Origin: Candidatus Hadarchaeota archaeon | Lineage (GTDB): Archaea > CAYQAE01 > CAYVLA01 | Direction of reading: 5' to 3' | DNA: 12,636 nucleotides | Assembly: GCA_964452145.1 (NCBI GenBank) | Contig: CAYVLA010000091.1 | Location: 1 to 12,636, forward strand | Shown: positions 6,864 through 12,636 of the stretch, one piece after another | Layout of the letters: each line of letters begins with the position of its first letter | Numbering within the stretch: the stretch's first letter is position 1 | Made by a program: the position numbers and the translations under genes | The notes under the pieces: generated by a model | What the model saw: only the letters and a program-made list of their open reading frames with translations | Database searches by the model: none | What the model was told of the DNA's origin: nothing

Positions 6864-8930
6864 TCAGGCATAGCGCCCGCTGCAGGGGATCGTCCAAACC
6901 GCGACCCCGAAGGGCCCAATATCAACCTCCAAGTGAAGCCTGCCATCCTTGCCAGAGTTGGCATGCGAAACGATCCTTCCATCATGGAAATACAGCACCG
7001 ATTGCCTCAGGGGCTTGCGGTCGAAGAGGTTGGTGTCCAGGATGACCCGACCGCTCTGGGGTCTCCCGCTGATCTCGGCCATCACGACTCCAAGCCCTGC
7101 CTGCCCCTCGTAGACGTAGGCTAGGATGTTCTCTGCAAACAGGCCCACCGAGTCCCGGAATTTCGCCAGGGCCACGTAGTCCGCACACCTCTTCCGAAGC
7201 TCGGAGAGTTGGGCAACGTGTCTGCCGAAATCCGGGTAGGCTCGGAGCGTCCGTTCCGCCTGCCCCGTCGTGAAAGCTGCGAGGAAGCCCATGGCAAATG
7301 CTCGGTTCAGGACCTCGGGCTGATGGTCGACCACCCAGCAATGAAGCGTCTCGGGCAGGGTGTATCGAACGACCTCCGGCGCCATCGACGACCACGACCA
7401 GTTCCAGTTCACGTTGATCTCCATCATGCCGAAGATATCCGTTATCTCTCCCAGAACGTAGGATTCTGGCCCACCTTCCCGCACGATCCGCGAGGCCTCA
7501 GCCGCCCACTCCAAGGCCGCTTCATGCGTATCATCCGGAGAGGCATGGCCGTGACCGTCCGAAAAACATGGGCTGCCCTCGAAGGTCTGGTCTATGAACA
7601 GGGAGGCGAATCCCAGCCCAAGGGTCTGCCGTACGATGGACAGGGCCCTCTCTCTGAAAGCAGGGGACCTCTGGCACAGAACCCGCCCGTCCCTTGCAAG
7701 ATATCCGGTGCGGGGGCTGGCATGGTTGTAGCTGAAGTTGCTCCACTCCTCCGAAACCGGGGTGCCAAAGATGGTTCTCAGCACCAGGCCTTCCCCGATC
7801 CTCGCGTAAAGCTCGGAGTTGTTACGAATGAGGCGGAAGTTGACCAGGGTCGAAACGTTGACCCCCATCTTCCTAGCCTCGGCAAGGGCGGCGCGAAGAT
7901 CGTCAAGGCTTTGGGCGGGATCGAACTCGTCCCAGAAGTCGCCCTCATCGGGCCGCAGGTACACCCCAGCGATGGGATCCCAGATGCAGAGGTCCTCCAC
8001 GCCGAACTCCAGCCCATCCCTTGCCAGTTGGGGTATCTCCTTGAAGCGGTGAAACGGCGTCCCGTCGAAGCCACGGGTCTGGACCGTCTGGAACCCGATG
8101 CTTGTCCTCAGCCTTCCCGGCGTCGGCGGGGGCCTCCACCACCCCTCGGCCCACCTGCGGCAACGGTCCGCGGTGGCATGCCAGTCGCCGCGATGCGGTC
8201 CGATGCCGACAGTGGGCGAGCGCCAGGCCTCGCCCGTCTTGGTGAAGGGATAGTGAACCCACGACCAGCTCAGAGACAAACCGTTGGGCTCCCGATCAAG
8301 GTTCTCGATCACGATGCCGCCGAGCCTGGGCCTCTTCTGGTAGCATATGTAGGAAAGGCCCGAGCCGCCGCCCGAAACGTCAAAAAAGGGAAGCAGCATC
8401 TGATAGTTGTAGACGTAGAAGCGCCTGCGATGGTAGCCCGCAAGGTTGTAGGAGAAAACTTCCCGGTCCTCCCGATGTAGCTCGACGGGGACACAGCCGC
8501 AATAGGCCCGGTCCTTTCCCGGGCCGGCCAGGCCATTCCACCCCCCGACCCACGGAAAGCGCACCTCGTGGAGACGGTCCTCCCCCAGGTTTCTCAGCCA
8601 GAGGGTGAACGTTGCCTCCGGGGAATCCGGTGACAGCTCCGCATCCACCCTGGCCTCCACCTCAACCTCGCCCTCCGGCGTGCCAAGCCTGCCCCAAAAG
8701 AACTCAAGGCCGGAGGCCCTCTCCCGGACCTCGGGGTCCACCGCATGCTCGGTATCCGCATAGCGCGACTGCCAGATTGGGCTCGGACACATGACCCGCA
8801 GAAGCCGTCCATCATCGGGCCTGCCGATGTGTTTCCGGCCATCGACGCGGTCTCTGATCTGTACCAGGCAACCTGTCCGGCGGGCAAATGAGAACTCGAC
8901 CAGCTCGTTCGACAGCTCAACGGTATCCAT
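6864..8930 (-). CDS. Putative glycoside hydrolase-like protein (DUF6259-like; beta-sandwich plus TIM barrel)
   Basis: 688 aa with a GGGGGAG SD. N-terminal LSNELVEFSF...TGCLVQI beta-sandwich, HRGDWHATADR.RRW, MGVNVSTLVNFRL and LGFASLFIDQ (candidate catalytic Asp) resemble GH-D/GH36-like barrels. The family call is from recall, not a search. Confidence 0.6.
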   Translation of the reverse strand: MDTVELSNELVEFSFARRTGCLVQIRDRVDGRKHIGRPDDGRLLRVMCPSPIWQSRYADTEHAVDPEVRERASGLEFFWGRLGTPEGEVEVEARVDAELSPDSPEATFTLWLRNLGEDRLHEVRFPWVGGWNGLAGPGKDRAYCGCVPVELHREDREVFSYNLAGYHRRRFYVYNYQMLLPFFDVSGGGSGLSYICYQKRPRLGGIVIENLDREPNGLSLSWSWVHYPFTKTGEAWRSPTVGIGPHRGDWHATADRCRRWAEGWWRPPPTPGRLRTSIGFQTVQTRGFDGTPFHRFKEIPQLARDGLEFGVEDLCIWDPIAGVYLRPDEGDFWDEFDPAQSLDDLRAALAEARKMGVNVSTLVNFRLIRNNSELYARIGEGLVLRTIFGTPVSEEWSNFSYNHASPRTGYLARDGRVLCQRSPAFRERALSIVRQTLGLGFASLFIDQTFEGSPCFSDGHGHASPDDTHEAALEWAAEASRIVREGGPESYVLGEITDIFGMMEINVNWNWSWSSMAPEVVRYTLPETLHCWVVDHQPEVLNRAFAMGFLAAFTTGQAERTLRAYPDFGRHVAQLSELRKRCADYVALAKFRDSVGLFAENILAYVYEGQAGLGVVMAEISGRPQSGRVILDTNLFDRKPLRQSVLYFHDGRIVSHANSGKDGRLHLEVDIGPFGVAVWTIPCSGRYA

Positions 8931-8954
8931 CTTCTGCTCCCCCTGGAGTGCGTC

Positions 8955-10052
8955 TCAGGCCACGGACAATCGGAAAAGGCGGACCTCGTTAGTGTCATTC
9001 GGGCAAGCGACCTCGGCATAAACCCAGACCTCCTTGCCCCTCCACAGCCAGTGGGAGTACCGCCAGGTGTGGTAGCGCCCCGGCGTGGTGCTTTTCAGGA
9101 GGGGCTCGTCCGGGGTCAGGTCGATGCAGCTGGCTAGGTCCGGGCTCCAGGCCAGGCCGGTGGCGATGTTATAGGGCGGGTCGAACCACCCGGGATTGGA
9201 TCCCTCGTAGACGAAGAGCCAGCCCGCCCCCATGGGGAGCACGCAGGCAGGCCGGGTGTAGAACGAGTGCCAACCGGAAAGATCGAACCAGGGGCCATCC
9301 CCAACGCGCTGCCACCTCTCCCCGTCCGTGCTTGCGAACTGGTACGCCCGCTCGGGGTTCTGGCCTATCACGGCCATCCTGTACCCGCCCTCGTGGATCC
9401 AGACGAAAGGATCCTTGTATCCCCGGACGCCGTAGTCCCCCTCTCCGCTCCGCGGCTCCGGGCAGAGGACCGCCCTTGCCGTCCCCGGATCGAAATCCCC
9501 CGGATCCGCAACGTCATCCAGGCGGAGTATCCACCACTCGCCGTCCCCCTCGTAGGGCCAGGGGCCGCAGAGGTAGAGCCTGAACATCTCCCGGGATGGG
9601 TCGTATAGCAGCGAGGGCCTCTCGAACCCCCTGATCGGCACATCCTCCCTCTTGATGCGGGCTACCGTGTCGAACTCCACCCCGTTGCCGCTTGCCAGCA
9701 GCCTGACCTCGTATCCCCGCCTGCCCCGGGGGGAGATCGCCTCCCTCAATCTGCAGGCTAGGTAGGTCTCGCCCCTCGGCACCTGTGCCACGGAGGGGGC
9801 ACCGGCCCACCAGTCGGCCTCATCCCTCTCCGGCCGAAGCACCGTCGTGTAGGTCGAGAATCTCCGCCTCAGAACATCGTATGCCATCTGAAGATCTCCT
9901 CCAGCTGCCTGCACGGGCTCCCTTATGAAGCTTCCCTGCGGTAAGGAGGTCAGCCTCCCGTTGATGGACAGGGCAAACTCTCGGGGACGGCCCGTCTCGG
10001 AGGATGCCCTCGCAATCAGGAGCGGATCGGCTGCTGAGCAGATACGGGCCAA
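8955..10052 (-). CDS. Putative five-bladed beta-propeller glycosidase/phosphorylase-like protein
   Basis: Blade-start motifs WAGAPSV, FERPSL, YKDPFV and YTRPACV, and Asp-box-like ASGNGVEF, ASTDGERW and WSPDLAS, typical of the GH32/43/130-like propeller fold. A GGAGG SD precedes the TTG. Confidence 0.65.
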   Translation of the reverse strand: MARICSAADPLLIARASSETGRPREFALSINGRLTSLPQGSFIREPVQAAGGDLQMAYDVLRRRFSTYTTVLRPERDEADWWAGAPSVAQVPRGETYLACRLREAISPRGRRGYEVRLLASGNGVEFDTVARIKREDVPIRGFERPSLLYDPSREMFRLYLCGPWPYEGDGEWWILRLDDVADPGDFDPGTARAVLCPEPRSGEGDYGVRGYKDPFVWIHEGGYRMAVIGQNPERAYQFASTDGERWQRVGDGPWFDLSGWHSFYTRPACVLPMGAGWLFVYEGSNPGWFDPPYNIATGLAWSPDLASCIDLTPDEPLLKSTTPGRYHTWRYSHWLWRGKEVWVYAEVACPNDTNEVRLFRLSVA

Positions 10053-10119
10053 TCCCTCCTCCGCAGACCCGGGCCGGGCACAACGCCATGCTGTGGAATC
10101 GGCTTGCGCTCAACGGAAG

Positions 10120-10152
10120 ACTTCTAAGGTATACCATGGTATACCAAGAAGT
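10120..10152. promoter_or_regulatory. Tandem palindromic operator, GntR/FadR-like (WGGTATACCA x2)
   Basis: Perfect 18-bp palindrome GGTATACCATGGTATACC (10128-10145) with outer arms ACTTCT (10120-10125) / AGAAGT (10147-10152), about 75-95 bp upstream of the glycosidase-like start. Confidence 0.65.
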
Positions 10153-10177
10153 AGGCCGCCTTCTCCCTATCTTGGGT

Positions 10178-10363
10178 CTACCTCCCACCCGGGCAGTTCT
10201 TCTGGGATCGTCTCCCTCCTAGCGCGTCTGACCATCTTTCTCTCCGCATCAGCCGCCTTATCTTGCGGCTCATTCTCGCTCTCACAGCGTGATGCCACCC
10301 ACGATCTCGTCGTATGGCGGCCTCTCCTAGGTTCGTAAGCTCCTTGAGCCTGTAGAGTCCCAC
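10178..10363 (-). pseudogene. Deleted remnant of an (HTH-)MNT gene 3' end, possibly with the start of a HEPN-like partner
   Basis: An alternate frame encodes RPPYDEIVGGITL*ERE*, which is 24/25 nt identical to the end of the MNT pseudogene at 11718-11742. An overlapping ATG follows (MSRKIRRLM...). Confidence 0.45.
10299..10323. repeat. 25-bp direct repeat, copy 1 (copy 2 at 11718-11742)
   Basis: ccacgatctcgtcGtatggcggcct versus ccacgatctcgtcAtatggcggcct. Confidence 0.9.
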
Positions 10364-10385
10364 GTGGGTCTCTCCCCCGTATTCC

Positions 10386-10874
10386 CTAGTGGAGTCCCCT
10401 CCCGGTAGGAGGTGGAGCGGGCAGGCTCACGAGTCTGCGAACCTCAAGTGTCGACAGGGAAACCCCGCCGCGGTAGCCAGGGACGATGATGGCATCAATC
10501 ATAGGCTCGCTCCTGAGATAACGGGCTTCAAGGTCCATGCTCCTAACATCGGTGACCCAGAGGACCTCCAAGGGATCATCCCTCGCCAAGCCCAGTCCAG
10601 AGAAGAGAGAACACATCAAGAGGCCCAAAATGAATGGGCCAACTGGCTGCATCTCTTCCATCCCATTCCTCGGAGTGCTGGCATCTCGAGCAGTCGTGAG
10701 AAGGCGGTGGCACGCCCAATGAGCGGTGGCATATTCACCTTCAAGCATTGACGGAATCGCCAGGACGGCTGATCCGATGACGAAGAGGGTAGGAGAGAAA
10801 TGAGGATTGGGTTGGCAGCAGTCTCGGGCAGTCTCTGCTACATCCTCAAGCATGCGATCGATGGGATTATGCAC
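10386..10874 (-). pseudogene. Probable chimeric remnant ORF: DJ-1/PfpI-like fragment plus truncated signal-peptide protein
   Basis: GSAVLAIPSMLEGEYATAHWACHRLL resembles the DJ-1/PfpI G..LA.AG.L.G..ATTHW motif but lacks the catalytic Cys. From ATG 10652 a hydrophobic signal peptide (FILGLLMCSLFSGLGLA) leads into a short truncated domain. Confidence 0.4.
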
Positions 10875-11286
10875 AGATTCGCGTCAGGCCATCCATCCTG
10901 TCGAAGTCCCTGTCGAATGAGTAGACCTCAGAGACTCCCTCATTCTCCATCAGGACCCCAGCCAGAAGGTCGTTCGGGCCGATCTCCTTGGTGCGAGCCT
11001 TCGTCGCAGCGGCCACGTAGTCCTCCCTGGACACGGGCAGCACGTCGATGTTCTCCCTAGCAAGGATCCCCCGCTCCAGAAGCAGGGCCTTGTCCAAAGG
11101 CAAGTGGCTCTCCAGAAGGTTGAATATCTCGCCCAGATGGACCACCGAGGTGACCACGGACTCGCCCCCCTCTATCCGTTTGACGATGGCCTTCGCCCTG
11201 TCCTTGATCTCCACCTCATGGGGACGAAGGGTCCTCCTGGGGACCATGTAGGCATGGACGAAAACGCTCGCATCCACGAACCTCAT
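10867..11286 (-). CDS. vapC: VapC PIN-domain ribonuclease toxin
   Basis: FVDASVFV, TSVVHLGEI, PNDLLA and YSFDRDFD supply the PIN acidic residues. 139 aa, with an ATGA overlap with the upstream antitoxin. Confidence 0.92.
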   Translation of the reverse strand: MRFVDASVFVHAYMVPRRTLRPHEVEIKDRAKAIVKRIEGGESVVTSVVHLGEIFNLLESHLPLDKALLLERGILARENIDVLPVSREDYVAAATKARTKEIGPNDLLAGVLMENEGVSEVYSFDRDFDRMDGLTRICA

Positions 11287-11519
11287 CGTGAACGCTCCCA
11301 GAGTTCCCTCTTCACCGCGTGCCAGTCGGAGAGATCCGCATCGACATCGACCTCTATCGAGTCGAAGTACTCGGTAAGGTCGACCTCATCCAAGGGAGTG
11401 ATGGTTATCCTGTCCTTCTCCAGTTCGAGAACGACCCTTCCGGCTCCATGCATATCCCTCCACTCCTTTGGCAGGACGACCCTTCCCTGCCTATCCAGCA
11501 TCTTTATGGTTACAGTCAT
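11283..11519 (-). CDS. vapB: AbrB/MazE/SpoVT-family antitoxin (VapB)
   Basis: LDRQGRVVLPKEWR...ITITP AbrB fold with an acidic C-terminus, 78 aa, GGTG SD, translationally coupled to vapC. Confidence 0.9.
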   Translation of the reverse strand: MTVTIKMLDRQGRVVLPKEWRDMHGAGRVVLELEKDRITITPLDEVDLTEYFDSIEVDVDADLSDWHAVKRELWERSR

Positions 11520-11603
11520 CTTGACACCACTTGTTCTCTCAATGCCACAAAGAAAAATATTGCCATTCGACCCCCTTCCGCCGGAGCGAAGAGGCCCGAG
11601 CTG

Positions 11604-11701
11604 ATGACCGAAACGGAAATCCTTAGAATGATTAGGGACAGCAGGCTCTCATGGACCCCGAGCAAGGCAAGCTAGTGAAACTCGATGAGATCCACCTTTG
11701 A
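11604..11701 (+). pseudogene. Possible frameshifted antitoxin C-terminal fragment
   Basis: MTETEILRMIRDSRL, a frameshift, then MDPEQGKLVKLDEIHL*. This resembles the '...ireSeedikaGrvvsleel' tail of RelB/Phd-type antitoxins. Confidence 0.3.
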
Positions 11702-11709
11702 GGCGGTTC

Positions 11710-11968
11710 TCACCCATCCACGATCTCGTCATATGGCGGCCTGTCTTCCTTCCTCCGAGTTCGTTCACGTCTGCGATGATCGGTGCCAACCTTCCGACGC
11801 GATCGTAGCGAGCAATCATCCGGCAGACGGCCTCCTTGTTGTCGGTCAACACGAAGAGATCGATGTCGCTGTCCATTGCGTCCCTGCCCTAGGCTGCCGA
11901 AGAGCATCACCCTCCTCGCATGGCTTCTGAGCTTGTCGACGAATGGCTATGCAACATTAATTAGCTGA
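11710..11968 (-). pseudogene. Minimal nucleotidyltransferase (MNT) pseudogene
   Basis: Joining frames gives PFVDKLRSHARRVMLFGS / GRDAMDSDIDLFVLTD...PIIADVNELG / RKEDRPPYDEIVDG*. This is the GSxxxG...SDxD motif broken by two frameshifts, with an upstream in-frame TAG. Confidence 0.8.
11718..11742. repeat. 25-bp direct repeat, copy 2 (copy 1 at 10299-10323)
   Basis: 24/25 identity to copy 1. Confidence 0.9.
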
Positions 11969-11986
11969 AGCAAGAGTAGACTACTC
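11956..11986 (+). promoter_or_regulatory. TATA box and palindromic operator of the ATPase gene
   Basis: ATTAATTA (11956-11963) followed by the perfect inverted repeat GAGTAG-A-CTACTC (11974-11986), which abuts GTG/ATG at 11987/11990. Confidence 0.6.
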
Positions 11987-11989
11987 GTG

Positions 11990-12636
11990 ATGCAACAATT
12001 TGTGGATCGCGATCAGGAGCTGGACTTCCTCCGCAAGAGGCTGAACTCCAAGTCGGCCGAGCTCATTCTGGTCTACGGGCGGCGACGGGTTGGCAAGACG
12101 ATGCTCCTGCTCAAGCTGATGGAATCCGTCCGCGGCGTGTACTACCTCGCCGACAAGCGCCTTGAGCCCGAGAACATGGAGGGATTGAAGAAGTCCATGG
12201 CCGATTTCCTCGGTGACGACCTGTTCCGAAGGGCCCACTTCAGCTCATGGGAAGAGCTGCTCGGAGCCTGCGCGGAAAGGGCCGGGGACACGCGCTTGGT
12301 CCTGATAATGGACGAGTTTCCCCTCCTAGTCGAGAACAACAAGGCTCTGCCATCCATAATCGCGAAGGCCTGGGACACGGTGTTGGCCAAGAGGAACCCA
12401 TTTGTGATCCTGTGCGGCTCCAGCATCGGCATGATGGAGGAGCTGATGGGGTACGGATCCCCGCTCTACGGCAGGAGAACCGGGCAGTGGCAGGTCATGC
12501 CGATGGACATCGTCCACCTGAGATCCTTCTTCCCGCGCCACGATCCCCTTGACCTGATGCGAACGTTCGGGACCCTGGACATGATCCCCTTCTATCTGAA
12601 CCAGTTCGATCCAGCGGTGGACTACTTCACCAATGT
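11990..12636 (+). CDS. Archaeal AAA+ ATPase (ATPase_2 / DUF234-type), truncated by the window end; absent from the ORF track
   Basis: Manual translation: MQQFVDRDQELDFL...LILVYGRRRVGKT (Walker A)...LVLIMDEFP (Walker B)...ILCGSSIGMM...SPLYGRRTG. The frame stays open to the window end. Confidence 0.92.
   Translation, partial: MQQFVDRDQELDFLRKRLNSKSAELILVYGRRRVGKTMLLLKLMESVRGVYYLADKRLEPENMEGLKKSMADFLGDDLFRRAHFSSWEELLGACAERAGDTRLVLIMDEFPLLVENNKALPSIIAKAWDTVLAKRNPFVILCGSSIGMMEELMGYGSPLYGRRTGQWQVMPMDIVHLRSFFPRHDPLDLMRTFGTLDMIPFYLNQFDPAVDYFTN

Noticed and set aside
6207..8480. 305-aa and 423-aa plus-strand ORFs
   Set aside because: Antisense shadows of metG and the 688-aa gene, expected in GC-rich DNA.
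10355..10372. Palindrome CCCACGTGGG with GAG/CTC arms as a possible terminator
   Set aside because: No U-tract, short, and located within pseudogene debris; chance cannot be excluded.
11541..11566. TGCCA direct repeats around the AT-rich vapB promoter
   Set aside because: Only 5-7 bp. A plausible autoregulatory site, but too short to support.
11649..11910. Programmed frameshifting to give a functional MNT
   Set aside because: It would need two frameshifts plus read-through of an upstream stop, and there are no slippery sequences. Decay is the simpler explanation.
11981..12552. Short ORFs listed in the track at the right end
   Set aside because: All overlap the real ATPase frame that starts at 11990, which the track missed because it has no stop codon in the window.
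1..12636. CRISPR array, rRNA, IS transposase, selenocysteine/pyrrolysine recoding
   Set aside because: No regularly spaced repeats, rRNA-like tracts, transposase motifs or in-frame stops within otherwise intact genes were seen.

Overview
GC-rich archaeal DNA, probably a TACK-type lineage. This is inferred from a BHB-intron tRNA, KEOPS Cgi121, archaeal TATA/leaderless promoters and an archaeal AAA ATPase. The window has four parts. (1) At the left edge, a tyrosine integrase with a zinc ribbon and a heptad-repeat tail lies directly 3' of an intron-containing tRNA-Thr(CGT). This is the likely boundary of an integrated element that continues left of the window. (2) A housekeeping block: thiL-amrS (+) converging on metG-PHP hydrolase-cgi121 (-). 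(3) A two-gene putative carbohydrate-degradation cassette (beta-propeller glycosidase-like plus DUF6259-like protein). It is preceded by a tandem TGGTATACCA-type palindromic operator and bracketed by a 10-bp direct repeat identical to the 3' part of the tRNA-Thr. (4) A toxin-antitoxin 'graveyard': an intact AbrB-VapB/VapC pair between two decayed copies of an MNT nucleotidyltransferase gene and other fragments, followed by a 3'-truncated archaeal ATPase that is missing from the ORF track and has a palindrome over its transcription start. All calls come from reading motifs by eye; no searches were run.
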